Assembly: GCF_048594345.1 (NCBI RefSeq)
Contig: NZ_JBMDXM010000289.1
Span: forward strand, 456-64,455
DNA length: 64,000 nt
Direction: 5' to 3'
Origin: Longimicrobium sp.
GTDB taxonomy: Bacteria > Gemmatimonadota > Gemmatimonadetes > Longimicrobiales > Longimicrobiaceae
The translations under genes were made by a program, and so were the position numbers. Numbering within the stretch: position 1 is the stretch's first letter; each line of letters begins with the position of its first letter. Of the stretch, positions 26,853 to 37,012 are shown in pieces. The notes under the pieces were generated by a model. That model ran no database searches, was not told the origin of the DNA, and saw only the letters and a program-made list of their open reading frames with translations.

Positions 26853-28151
26853 GTGACGTTCTCCAGATTTCGCGCCCCGTGCGCGTTCGCGTTCCTGCTT
26901 GCCGCCACGGCCCTGGCCGCCGCGCCGGCCGCCGCCCAGGACAGCGTCGTGGTGCGCCTGCGCGCGCAGTACGAGACGGCGCGCTCCCCCGGCTTTGTCG
27001 TCCTCCCCGTTGCGGGCGGCGCGGGGGCGGAGATCTCCGCCATCCTGCGCGGCGACCTGGAGCGCAGCGACCGCTTTGAGATGGCCGAGGCAACCGGCGC
27101 CCGCGCCGGGCAGGCGTTGGACCTGGACGCCTGGAGCCAGCGCGGCGCCACCTGGGTGCTGGAAGGCGCCCTTACCGGCAGTTCGCTGCGCCTGACGCTG
27201 CACGACGCGGCGTACGGAACCGTGAAGGGGCAGGGCACCTTTACCCTCCCCGCGTCCGGCAGCCGCGCGTTTCGCCTGGCCGTGCACGCCGCCAGCGACG
27301 CCGTGGTCCGCTGGGCCACCGGCGAGCCGGGGATGGCCGCGTCGCGCATCGCTTTCGTGACGCAGGGGCGTGGGTCCAAGGAGATCTACGTCGTCGATTC
27401 GGACGGCGAGAACGTTACGCGCATCACGAACGACGGCTCCATCTCGCTCTCGCCGTCGTGGTCGCCGGACGGCGGGCGGATCGCGTACACCTCGTTCCGC
27501 GGCGGCGCGCCGCTGCTGTACGAGCGCAACCTGGGCACCGGCGCCGACCGCGTGCTGTCGGACCGCGCGGGGATCAACATCACCCCCTCCTATGCGCCGG
27601 ACGGGCGGACGGTGGCGTTCGCGACCACCGTGGGCGGCCACACGGAGATCGCGACGATCGGCGCCGAGGGGCTGCGGCAGCAGACGCGCGGCCGCGGCTA
27701 CGAGAACCTGTCGCCCACCTGGTCGCCGGACGGGCGCCGCTTCGCGTTTGTCAGCGATCGCCTGGGCGAGCCGCAGATCTACGTGATGAGCCCCGGCGGC
27801 GGCGAGCCGCGCCTGGTGTCGAGCTACGCGTACGGCGGCCGCGGCTACAGCACGTCGCCCGACTGGTCGCCCGCCGGGCCGGCCATCGCGTACCACACGC
27901 GCGTGAACGGGCGGATGCAGATCGCCGCCGTCAGCGCCGATGGCGGCACCCCGCGGATGCTGACGGACCGCGGGCACAACGAGGATCCCAGCTGGGCGCC
28001 TGACGGCCGGCACATCGTCTTTGCCTCGGACCGCGACGGCGGCGGCCTGTTCGTGCTCGACAGCGTGACGGGCACAATCCGCCCCCTGCTGCGCGGCCGC
28101 GGCTTTGGTCTTCCCGACTGGTCGCCCACGCTGCAGCGGGCGGGGCAGTAG
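26853..28151 (+). CDS. tolB: TolB translocation protein
   Basis: repeated SPSWSPDG/PTWSPDG PD40 propeller motifs, signal peptide. Confidence 0.92.
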   Translation: MTFSRFRAPCAFAFLLAATALAAAPAAAQDSVVVRLRAQYETARSPGFVVLPVAGGAGAEISAILRGDLERSDRFEMAEATGARAGQALDLDAWSQRGATWVLEGALTGSSLRLTLHDAAYGTVKGQGTFTLPASGSRAFRLAVHAASDAVVRWATGEPGMAASRIAFVTQGRGSKEIYVVDSDGENVTRITNDGSISLSPSWSPDGGRIAYTSFRGGAPLLYERNLGTGADRVLSDRAGINITPSYAPDGRTVAFATTVGGHTEIATIGAEGLRQQTRGRGYENLSPTWSPDGRRFAFVSDRLGEPQIYVMSPGGGEPRLVSSYAYGGRGYSTSPDWSPAGPAIAYHTRVNGRMQIAAVSADGGTPRMLTDRGHNEDPSWAPDGRHIVFASDRDGGGLFVLDSVTGTIRPLLRGRGFGLPDWSPTLQRAGQ

Positions 28152-28159
28152 TCGGGGCA

Positions 28160-28680
28160 CCATCCGCTTCGGAAGGCCAGGCGCAAGGGGCGGCGCCCCC
28201 TCCGGGCGGGCACCACCCCCCCACCTCCCCCAAAAAAGACCGGGGGAGGTTGGTTGCGGGGCAGGGGACCCGGTGCTTCGGCCGGTGTGGAGCGAGAGGC
28301 AGGCGCCCCCCTCCCCGGCCCTCCCCCGCAAACTGCGCGGGGGAGGGAGGTGCGATGCACCCTGTCGCAACGGGATCGAAGTTTATACCCTCTCCCGCTT
28401 GCGGGAGAGAGTGCGAGCCTGAGCGAGCGGGTGAGGGCCCCCGCGGACGCAGCGGGACGCCTGCTGAACCGCACGGAAGTTCTCCCCTCTCCGTGAGGAA
28501 CGAACGGGGAGGGGGCGGGGCCGGGGGAGGGGCACCCCGCCGGGCGCCAGTTCGACCGAAGTCGCCGAGCCTCGATCCGTCGGCAACACCAACCTCCCCA
28601 AGGGTTTTTGGGGGAGATGCGAGCCTGAGCGAGCGGAGGGGGCGTACCGTGGGGCCTGCCTCTTGGCACCCATGCTCGCC
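28160..28680. repeat. BIME-like mosaic of REP modules between tolB and pal
   Basis: two family A copies in opposite orientation, CCTCTCCCGCTTGCGGGAGAG palindrome, module shared with 2984-3015. Confidence 0.7.
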
Positions 28681-28747
28681 GCTCCGGAAGCTATCGTTTT
28701 TTGAATCAGCAAACGCCCAACCCGACTCCCGACCGCCAGGAGAACCG

Positions 28748-29359
28748 ATGAAGCTGCGCCACGTCCTCGTCTGTGCCCTCGTCCCGCTGACCGCCCTGGG
28801 CGCGTGCAAAAAGCGCCCGCAGACCGCGCCCACGCCCGATGGCGGCACCACGACCGTCGACGGGTCCGGCACCAGCCGCGAGGACAGCATCCGCGTGGCC
28901 GACGCGGAGCGCGAGCGGCTTGCGAACGAGCGGGCCGAGCGCGAACGCCTGGAACGTGAGCGGCTGGAGCGCGAAACCTCCGGCGCCCGCGAGGTGCTGA
29001 CGGAGATCGTCTTCTTTGAGTACGACAGCGACCAGATCGGCAGCGAGGCCGAGGACAAGCTGCGCCTCAAGGCCGCCGTCCTGGCCGCCAACCCCAACGT
29101 GCGCCTGCGCATCGAGGGCCATGCCGACCAGCGGGGCTCCACCGAGTACAACCTGGCCCTGGCCCAGCGACGCGCTGAGGCCGTGCGCGCCTTCATGGCC
29201 AACTACGGCATCGACCCCGACCGCTTTACCACCGTCAGCATGGGCAAGGAGCGCCCGCTGGTGGAGGGCGACGACGAAGAGGCGTGGTCGCGCAACCGGC
29301 GCGCGGAGTTCGGCATCATCGGCGGGCAGGTGACGGTGGTGCCGGAGGAGCTGCGATGA
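28748..29359 (+). CDS. pal: peptidoglycan-associated lipoprotein Pal
   Basis: lipobox LGAC; FFEYDS, IEGHADQRGSTEYNLALAQRRA, NRRAEF. Confidence 0.92.
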   Translation: MKLRHVLVCALVPLTALGACKKRPQTAPTPDGGTTTVDGSGTSREDSIRVADAERERLANERAERERLERERLERETSGAREVLTEIVFFEYDSDQIGSEAEDKLRLKAAVLAANPNVRLRIEGHADQRGSTEYNLALAQRRAEAVRAFMANYGIDPDRFTTVSMGKERPLVEGDDEEAWSRNRRAEFGIIGGQVTVVPEELR

Positions 29360-30126
29360 TCCGCCGCCTCGTTCTGATCGCCGCGCTGCTGCCGCTGGCG
29401 GCGTGCGTGGCCACCAAGCAGGACGTGGAAGAGCTGCGGCTGGACATGACCGCCCAGCGCGCCCACCAGGACTCGCTCTTTCGCGCCCTCATCTCGCGCA
29501 CCGAGGCCATGCTGGACTCGCTGAGCGACCAGAACGTGCGCCTGCGCGGCGACTTTGCCAACCGGCTGCTGGCCATCGACCGCCAGCTGGTGCAGATCCA
29601 GGAGCTCAGCGGGCAGAACCAGGCCCAGCTGGCCGGCCTGCGCCAGCAGATCGAGCAGAGCGCCACCGAGGCCCGCCGTGCGCAGGAAGCCGCCGCGGCC
29701 GCCGCCCGCGACAACGGCGGGGATGAAGGCGGGGCCGAAGAGGGCGGCGACCCGCAGGAGCTGTACGACGCCGCGCTGGGCGCGCTGCGCCGCGGCTCGG
29801 TGAGCACCGCGCGCAGCGGGTTCGAGGAGCTTCTGCGCGCCAACCCGCAGCACCGGCTGGCCCCGGACGCGCAGTACAACATTGGCCAGAGCTACGAGCA
29901 GGGGCGCGAACCCGCCAACGCCATCACCGCCTACGCCCGCGTCGTGGAGCTGTATCCCACGTCACCCAGGGCCGCCGCGGCGCTGCTGCGGATGGGGCGG
30001 CTGGAGCTTGGGCGCGGGAATCGCACACAGGCGCGCACCCACTTCAACGCGGTGGTGTCGCGGTACGCGCGCAGCACCGAGGCGGGCGAGGCGCGGACGG
30101 AGCTGCAGCGGATGGGGTCGCGATGA
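29356..30126 (+). CDS. cpoB: tol-pal protein YbgF/CpoB
   Basis: lipobox LAAC, coiled coil, TPRs (APDAQYNIG, YPTSPRAAAALL); follows pal. Confidence 0.85.
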   Translation: MIRRLVLIAALLPLAACVATKQDVEELRLDMTAQRAHQDSLFRALISRTEAMLDSLSDQNVRLRGDFANRLLAIDRQLVQIQELSGQNQAQLAGLRQQIEQSATEARRAQEAAAAAARDNGGDEGGAEEGGDPQELYDAALGALRRGSVSTARSGFEELLRANPQHRLAPDAQYNIGQSYEQGREPANAITAYARVVELYPTSPRAAAALLRMGRLELGRGNRTQARTHFNAVVSRYARSTEAGEARTELQRMGSR

Positions 30127-30156
30127 ACCGCCGGTCCGGAGCGGGGTTCTAGGCCC

Positions 30157-30708
30157 GTGCGCTGCCCCTTCTGCCATCATACCGACGACCGCGTGGTCGA
30201 CTCGCGCAGCGTGCGCGAGGGCCGCGCCGTGCGCCGCCGCCGCGAGTGCCTGCGGTGCGAACGGCGCTTTACCACGTACGAGTACATCGAAGAGCGGCCG
30301 CTGCAGGTGCTCAAGCGCGACGGCGAGCGCGAGCCCTACGACCGCAGAAAGCTGCTCACCAGCATTCGCACCGCCACCGCCAAGCGCCCGGTGAGCCCCA
30401 CCGAGATCGACCGTGTGGTGGAGGACATCGAGCGCGAGCTGGACCGGCGCGAGAGCGGCGAGGTGGAAAGCCAGGAGCTGGGGCAGATGGTGATGGACCG
30501 CCTCAAGTCGCGCGACCACATCGCCTACGTTCGCTTCGCCAGCGTTTACCGGAATTTCCAGGATCCCGAGGAATTCTACCACGAGTTCCGGGACCTGGCC
30601 GACCGGCAGGCGCAGCGCGAGATGCACCGCGCGCACTACGAGCTGCCGCTGGACCCCGCCTCCGAGGCGGCGGACAACACCGCCGCGGACGCGGACGAAC
30701 GACCGTGA
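30157..30708 (+). CDS. nrdR: transcriptional repressor NrdR
   Basis: MRCPFC..VVDSR..RRRRECLRCERRFTTYE, ATP-cone, AYVRFASVY. Confidence 0.97.
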   Translation: MRCPFCHHTDDRVVDSRSVREGRAVRRRRECLRCERRFTTYEYIEERPLQVLKRDGEREPYDRRKLLTSIRTATAKRPVSPTEIDRVVEDIERELDRRESGEVESQELGQMVMDRLKSRDHIAYVRFASVYRNFQDPEEFYHEFRDLADRQAQREMHRAHYELPLDPASEAADNTAADADERP

Positions 30709-30969
30709 CCCGCCTCTGACGTCTGCCGCCACGGGAGCAGAGATCCTGCGGGACGCGTCGCACCGTACTCTGTGCGGACGCGTTGCCCGGATTCAGCCGG
30801 CGTGGGTGTTTGGTTAGGATTGTGTGTCGGCGGGGCTGGCGGGCGCCCGGGGGCTTGCCACCGGTCCCGTTCAGGCTGAACGTAGATGCTCGGCGCGGCG
30901 CCGTTGCTGGAACCACGGCGTCGCGTCGTGGCGCCGTTGTGCCCGGCTGGCCGGTTCCGGTGGTGGGCC

Positions 30970-31103
30970 GGCACGGCGGCGCCGGGAACTGCGTCCCCGC
31001 CAATCTCCGTGGATGATCGAAGGATTGAAGGATAGCTGGCACGGCGGCGCCGGGAATTGCGTCCCCGCCTATCTCCGTGGATGATCGAAGGATTGAAGGA
31101 TAG
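30970..31103 (+). repeat. 68-bp direct duplication ending at the tatC start
   Basis: 30970-31035 and 31038-31103 differ at two positions; ATG at 31104. Confidence 0.9.
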
Positions 31104-31877
31104 ATGAGCATGCTGGGACGCAACCCGGGCGAGATGCCCTTTCTGGACCACCTCGAGGAACTGCGCTGGCGGGCCCTGTGGAGCCTGCTGGCCATCGTCG
31201 TGGGGGCCATCGTCGGCTTTATCCTGGTGGACAGGATGGAGGCGATGACGCTGCTCATCCGCCCCATCGAGCCGTTCCTGGAAGGGGGCAAGCTCAAGTA
31301 CCTCAGCCCCACCGACCCGTTTTTCGTGACGCTCAAGCTGTCGCTGATCGCGGGGCTGGTGCTGGCGTCGCCCATCGTCATCTACCAGATCTGGTCGTTC
31401 CTGGCGCCGGCGCTCATGCCGTCGGAAAAGAGGGTGATCGTCCCCGCGCTGTACATGGGCGTGGTGCTGTTTCTGGGCGGCGTGGTGATGAGCTACAAGA
31501 TCGTGCTTCCCATGACGCTCCGGTTCACCATGGGCTTTCAGACGGAGTTCCTGGAGCAGTCCATCGTGATCGGCCCGTACATGGCCATGGTCACGCGGCT
31601 GCTGCTGGCGTTCGGCATCGTCTTCGAGCTGCCGGTAGTGATTTTGATCCTGTCGGCGCTGGGGCTGGTGACGCCCGAGTTCCTGGCCAGCAAGCGCCGC
31701 CACGCCGTCGCGGGCATCACCATCCTGGCCGCCGTACTCACCCCCGGCGACGTGATCACCGTCACCCTCATGATGATGGCGCCGCTGGTGCTGCTGTACG
31801 AGTTCAGCATCATCCTGTCGCGCGTGGTCACCCGCCGCCGGCGCGTTGCCGAGGCGGCGGCCGGCGCGCAGGCGTAA
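31104..31877 (+). CDS. tatC: twin-arginine translocase subunit TatC
   Basis: MPFLDHLEELRWR, YQIWSFLAPAL, FELP, LTPGD, LLYE. Confidence 0.96.
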   Translation: MSMLGRNPGEMPFLDHLEELRWRALWSLLAIVVGAIVGFILVDRMEAMTLLIRPIEPFLEGGKLKYLSPTDPFFVTLKLSLIAGLVLASPIVIYQIWSFLAPALMPSEKRVIVPALYMGVVLFLGGVVMSYKIVLPMTLRFTMGFQTEFLEQSIVIGPYMAMVTRLLLAFGIVFELPVVILILSALGLVTPEFLASKRRHAVAGITILAAVLTPGDVITVTLMMMAPLVLLYEFSIILSRVVTRRRRVAEAAAGAQA

Positions 31878-31888
31878 GCGAGGTCCCC

Positions 31889-34888
31889 GTGCTTCCTCTG
31901 CTTCCGATCCGGACCGTGAAGTCCATCGTCCGCGGCCGTTCGCGCGCGGCCCTGATCGTTGCCGCGCTGGCGCTGCTGGCCGTGCCGGCGGCGGCGCAGG
32001 ACATCCCCACCGGACCCCGCAGCCGCGTTACGCCCGGGCGCCCGCCCAGCGATGCGCGTCCCACGCGGCAGCCCGCGCGCGACACGGTGCCACAGGACAG
32101 CGGCACCGCCCGCCCGGTGGTGCAGGACAGCGCCATCGACGCGCTGCTGCGCCTGCCCGGCTACGTGCCGGTGGAGTACCAGGGCGACAGTGCGCAGTTC
32201 GACAACCGCGAGCGCACGCTGCGGCTGCGCGGCAGCCCGGTGGTCACCCGTGGCTCGGACAAGATCGAGGCGCGCGACAGCATCGTGTACCGCGAGCGCA
32301 GCGACTTTGTGGAGGTGTACGGCGACCCGCGCGTCACGGGCGAGGGGCAGGACATCGAGGGCGAGGTCATCTTCTACGACCTGGCCAACCGCCGCGCCAG
32401 CGTGCAGAACGCGCGGACGACGGTGACGGAAGGCGCCACCTGGTACGTGCAGGGGAACGTAACCACCGAGAACCAGGGCGAGCGGGTGTACGCCACGGGC
32501 GGCACCTTTACCTCCGACGACCGCGAGGAGCCGGCGTACTTCTTTCGCGCCTCGCGGCTCAAGGTGATCAAGAACCGGGTGCTGGTGGGGCGGCCGGCGT
32601 ACCTGGTGTTCCGCGGCGTTCCCGTGTTCGTGCTCCCCTTTATCGTGCAGGACCTGGGGCGCGGGCGGCGCAGCGGATTTCTGATCCCCGAGTTCGAGAT
32701 CAACGACCTGGTGCGCACCGACCAGCGCGGCCGCGGCACGCGCGGCACGGGGCGGCAGATCGGCAACGTGGGCTACTACTGGGCCATCAACGAGTACATG
32801 GGGCTGCAGGCGGCGCTCAACTGGCGCAGCCAGTCGTGGGTGGGGCTTGACGTGGGGTACCAGTTCAACTGGGCGCGCAAGTTCCTGTCGGGCAACGCCA
32901 GTCTGCAGCGCTTCTGGCGCGACGAGGGCGCCAACCAGTTCAACCTGCTGGGCAGCGGAAGCTGGAAGCCCAACGAGCGCACCGACATCAGCACGGCCAT
33001 CAACTACGCCAGCAGCACGCAGTTCGAGCGCGACCGCATTATCGACCCGTTCCGGCAGACGTCGGACGTGAGCAGCACGCTCTCTTTTTCGCGGCGGATG
33101 GACTGGGGCACGCTGACCTCCGGGGCGGAGCTGCGGCAGTCCATCGCCACCGGCGACAACAACCTGCGTACGCGGCTCAGCCTCAGCCCCGAGACCATCA
33201 CCCTGTTCGGCACGCCGGAGGGCGCGGAGCCGCGCTGGTACAACGACGCGGCGCTCACCATCACCATGGACGGCAGCGCGGACCGCGTGTCGCCGGGCGA
33301 CGCGCTTACGCGGCGGCAGCAGGGGCAGCAGAACGCGGACGCCAGCGTGAGCGGCAGCGTGCGCTTTGGACCCATCAGCGTGGCGGGGACCACGCGCTAC
33401 AACCGCCAGTCGCGCGGCGAGCTGGCGGCCGTCGACACCGCCCAGCTGGTGGACGGCGTGGAGACGGGGCGCGCGGCCTTCCTGCCCGGCTACGGGACGG
33501 AAACCCTGGACTGGGGCGCCAGCACGGGATACGAGTTCCGGCTGATCGGCTCCACGCGCCTTACCCCCAGCATCAGCCTTTCGCAGCAGGTGGTGCGGCG
33601 CGATACGGCGTTCGACGGCGGGCTGGCGCCGGGCCCCATCAACCTGCAGCGCTACGGCCAGTTTGTGGCCGGCCAGCCCCGCGTGAACTTTGGCGCCGGC
33701 CTGCGCACGGAATTGTTCGGGTTCTTTCCCGGCATTGCCTCGTATTCGGCGATCCGGCACCACCTGTCGCCGGCGCTAAGCTACCGGTTTACGCCCCAGG
33801 TGGTGCAGAACAGCCTGCAGAACGCGGTGTTCGGCACGCAGGAGGCGCGCGAGCAGAACGAGGTGACGTTCACGCTCAACCAGACTTTCGAAGGCAAGCT
33901 GCGCGCGCCGCGCCGGGGCAACGAGGAGCGCGGCGGCACGGGCAACCCCCAGGGCGCCGAGACCGGCAACCCCGGCGCGCAGACGGACACGGCCAACGCC
34001 CAGCTCAACCCGAACCAGGCCACCCTGCGCGACACCGCCAGCGCCGGCGCGCCCGGGGCGGACAGCGCGGGCGCGGCGGCGCCGGAGCAGGCGGAGAAGG
34101 TCACGCTGCTGGCCATCAACACCTCGTCGCTGGTGTACAGCTTTGTCCCCGACCTGTTTGGCCGGCGCTTTACCACGGCTGACCTCACCAACAGCATTCG
34201 CTCGGACCTGCTGGGCGGGCTTAACTTCACCATCTCGCACGACCTGTTCAGGGAGGAGCTGGGTGAATCCACCGACCCCCTGGGCGGGGGCGCCGGTCTG
34301 CTGGGCGGCGGGCGGCGCACCTTTTCGCCCTTCCTTACCGGCGTGCAGACGTCGCTGAGCTTTGGCGCGGGGTCGGCACTGTTCCGGTACCTGGGCTTTA
34401 GCCGGGCCACGGAGGAAGAGCGGCGCGGCGAGCGCGGCCAGACGCCGTCGGAAGAAGGCGTTCCCACGGCGGAGCCGCCGGGCTCGCAGACCTCCACCGG
34501 CCGGCCGATGGGGACGGGCGGCGGATCGTGGAACGTGTCGCTGAGCTACTCGCTGCGCCGCACCCGCCCGCTGGCGGTAGGCGAGCTTGCGCGCGCGGAC
34601 GGCGGCAACCAGCAGATCTCGGGGAACGTCAGCTTCTTTCCCACCCGCAACTGGGCGGTGAGCTGGTACACGGACTACTCGGTGACCGACAACGAGTTCG
34701 GCACGCACGTGCTCAACTTCAAGCGCGACCTGTACCGCTGGCAGGCCAACTTCGACTTCGTGCGCGCGCCCAACGGCAACACGTCGTTCTCCTTTTCCGT
34801 GCACCTGCAGGACCTGCCGGACCTGAAGGCGGACTACAGCCGGCAGAATCTCGGGGCGGACCGGCCGGACGTGGACAACGACCGGTGA
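31889..34888 (+). CDS. lptD: putative LPS assembly protein LptD-like outer membrane protein
   Basis: signal peptide, OstA-like N-terminus, FTSDD..P.YFF, GRRSGFLIP, beta-barrel C-terminus (RDLYRWQANF). Confidence 0.75.
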   Translation: MLPLLPIRTVKSIVRGRSRAALIVAALALLAVPAAAQDIPTGPRSRVTPGRPPSDARPTRQPARDTVPQDSGTARPVVQDSAIDALLRLPGYVPVEYQGDSAQFDNRERTLRLRGSPVVTRGSDKIEARDSIVYRERSDFVEVYGDPRVTGEGQDIEGEVIFYDLANRRASVQNARTTVTEGATWYVQGNVTTENQGERVYATGGTFTSDDREEPAYFFRASRLKVIKNRVLVGRPAYLVFRGVPVFVLPFIVQDLGRGRRSGFLIPEFEINDLVRTDQRGRGTRGTGRQIGNVGYYWAINEYMGLQAALNWRSQSWVGLDVGYQFNWARKFLSGNASLQRFWRDEGANQFNLLGSGSWKPNERTDISTAINYASSTQFERDRIIDPFRQTSDVSSTLSFSRRMDWGTLTSGAELRQSIATGDNNLRTRLSLSPETITLFGTPEGAEPRWYNDAALTITMDGSADRVSPGDALTRRQQGQQNADASVSGSVRFGPISVAGTTRYNRQSRGELAAVDTAQLVDGVETGRAAFLPGYGTETLDWGASTGYEFRLIGSTRLTPSISLSQQVVRRDTAFDGGLAPGPINLQRYGQFVAGQPRVNFGAGLRTELFGFFPGIASYSAIRHHLSPALSYRFTPQVVQNSLQNAVFGTQEAREQNEVTFTLNQTFEGKLRAPRRGNEERGGTGNPQGAETGNPGAQTDTANAQLNPNQATLRDTASAGAPGADSAGAAAPEQAEKVTLLAINTSSLVYSFVPDLFGRRFTTADLTNSIRSDLLGGLNFTISHDLFREELGESTDPLGGGAGLLGGGRRTFSPFLTGVQTSLSFGAGSALFRYLGFSRATEEERRGERGQTPSEEGVPTAEPPGSQTSTGRPMGTGGGSWNVSLSYSLRRTRPLAVGELARADGGNQQISGNVSFFPTRNWAVSWYTDYSVTDNEFGTHVLNFKRDLYRWQANFDFVRAPNGNTSFSFSVHLQDLPDLKADYSRQNLGADRPDVDNDR

Positions 34889-34966
34889 GGGTGTGAGGGT
34901 GTGAGGGTGTGAGGGTGTGAGGGTGAACGGGTGAACGGGTGAACGGGTGAACGGGTGAACGGGTGA
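34884..34966 (+). repeat. compound 8-bp microsatellite (GTGAGGGT)n(GAACGGGT)n
   Basis: about 5 + 5 units beginning at the lptD stop codon. Confidence 0.9.
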
Positions 34967-35161
34967 CGGTGGTGAGCGGCCTCACACCGATCCCGACGTT
35001 GACTTGCTGAGGGAGGCGCCACGTGGGAACATCCCCTGGCGCCGCAACCGTGGCGCCGACTGAAGGACCTCCTCTCCCGGTGCACGGGACCCGTCGCGTA
35101 CCACGATGCTCTCAGATACCGAATCCGGAAAAGCAACATCGGAAGGTACAGGGGGACCGAG

Positions 35162-35215
35162 AACAGCCAGAGGAACAGAGGTGATCCGCATTCCTCCTCT
35201 GTTCCTCTGGCTGTT
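35162..35215. repeat. family C hairpin repeat
   Basis: same 20-bp arms as 16648-16702. Confidence 0.8.
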
Positions 35216-35457
35216 GTCCGTTCCTCTGTATCCTGACCTCTGTTCTGAAGCCTCGCCGCTCGTGTCCCCTTCCGGTGACGGAGGATCGCCGTACCTGCGA
35301 GACACCCGGGACAGGGACGGATCAGGGGCAAAATCATCAAGTGATTGTGATCCAATGACTTGGGATGCGGCCTTCGATTGTCCTCGCTCGGCGCGGGCAT
35401 TGCCTCCCGGAATGGCCGGAGCAGTTGGCATCCGCACTCGTGTTGAAAGATCTTCCC

Positions 35458-36639
35458 ATGAAGACCATCGCCAGAACGTACATTGCCGCGGCGGGCCTGC
35501 TGCTGGCCGCGGCCTGTGAAACCAACCCCAACGTCGTCATCGTCAATCCGGATGACCCGCCGGGAATGCCGACCGACCTGTTTGCCACCTACGCCTGGGT
35601 GCTGGAAGACTTCCAGAACGGCCAGCCCGTGGGATACCCCTCGGTGCAGGTGACCTGGCTTCCGCCCAGCGACTGGGACGACGAGGTGTTCCGCGTGTAC
35701 GGCAAGCGCGCCTCGGACGCGGGCTTTACCCTGGTCGCCACCGTGACCTCGTGCTCGGACGCGGGCTGCGTGTACACCGACCGCAACGTGCAGCCCGGCG
35801 GCAACTACGAGTACTACGTCGCCGCGTACGACGAGAGCAGCGACCTGCAGACGGAGTCGGACTTTCGCGACGTGGTGACCGTGCCCGGCACGCCGCGGCC
35901 CGCGGCGCCCACCGGCCTGGACGGCGTGGGGCTGGACAACGCCGCCTTTGTGCGCTGGACCGCCAACCCGGCCAACGGCAGCAGCGTGTCGCGCTACGTG
36001 GTGTACCTTACCAGCGTGGACGGCGAGGCCTCGCTGTACCAGGCCGGGCAGACGGACGGCAACGGCTTTCTGGACCAGCGCGCCGAGAACGGCTCGCGCT
36101 TTGGCTACCGCATCGCCGCGCTGGACTCGCTGGGCCACTACAGCAACCTGAGCAGCGAGGTGTTCGTCTCGCCGCGGCCGGACTTTTCGGGTGAGCTGGT
36201 TTACGCGCTGGCCGACAGCGCCGCCCTCAGCGGCTTCCGCTTTCAGTCCGACGAGGCGGACTACCCGGTGATGAGCGGGACCTCCGCCAGCGCGCACTGG
36301 CGGCTGGAGAGCGACGTGAACGGCTGGCGCATCGTGCCGCTTAACGGCACGCAGGTCACGGAGTGGGGCCGCACCACGGCCCTGGTCTGCGGCCCCGGCG
36401 CCGACGCCGAGTGCACGGCCGCCCGCACGGCGCCCACCGCCGGCTACACCACGTCGCCGATCGGCGTGGACGCGGAGTACAGCTACGTATTCCGCGTGAC
36501 GGGCAGCGACGGCCAGCCGCACGTTGCGGTGCTGCGGGTGACCATGCTGGGCACCCACGACGGCAAGGACCTGATGATCTTTGACTGGGCGTACCAGACG
36601 CGGCCCAACGAGCCGCAGCTCTCGGTCGGCGCCCGCTGA
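35458..36639 (+). CDS. lipoprotein with fibronectin type III-like domains
   Basis: lipobox AAAC; VTWLPP, YTDRNV..YEYYVAAYD, PTGL..VRW, YRIAALDSLG. Confidence 0.75.
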   Translation: MKTIARTYIAAAGLLLAAACETNPNVVIVNPDDPPGMPTDLFATYAWVLEDFQNGQPVGYPSVQVTWLPPSDWDDEVFRVYGKRASDAGFTLVATVTSCSDAGCVYTDRNVQPGGNYEYYVAAYDESSDLQTESDFRDVVTVPGTPRPAAPTGLDGVGLDNAAFVRWTANPANGSSVSRYVVYLTSVDGEASLYQAGQTDGNGFLDQRAENGSRFGYRIAALDSLGHYSNLSSEVFVSPRPDFSGELVYALADSAALSGFRFQSDEADYPVMSGTSASAHWRLESDVNGWRIVPLNGTQVTEWGRTTALVCGPGADAECTAARTAPTAGYTTSPIGVDAEYSYVFRVTGSDGQPHVAVLRVTMLGTHDGKDLMIFDWAYQTRPNEPQLSVGAR

Positions 36640-36663
36640 CCGGCACGATCATCGGCGGATGAA

Positions 36664-36693
36664 AAGCGGAGGCTGCTTCGGCGGCCTCCGCTT
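36664..36693. terminator. terminator-like hairpin
   Basis: AAGCGGAGGCTGC-TTCG-GCGGCCTCCGCTT. Confidence 0.6.
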
Positions 36694-37012
36694 GCTGCAT
36701 CCGTCATCATGACCTCCATCGACCGCAGGGCCCTGAACGAACGGGTGTCACGCGGAGACGCGGAGGACGCGAGGCGCGGAGAACTTCTCCGTGTGTCCGC
36801 GCCCTCCGCGTTTCCGCGTGAGACCTGCAATTCCGCGACTGGGCATGATCAAAGGGAAGGCGCAGCCAATGACGTTCACTCCGTTGACTCTTGATACCGG
36901 GAGCGGCCGCTGGTATATCGGGCGGCGCGTGGTTGCGCGGAGGGCGAGGAACGCGTATCGCTGTTCGCTGTCTTTCTGAATTTTCGCGGAACGGGTCGAG
37001 GAGGAGGGGTGG

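Noticed and set aside
21704-30708. heme/tol-pal/nrdR block as a novel system
   Set aside because: Ordinary conserved housekeeping genes
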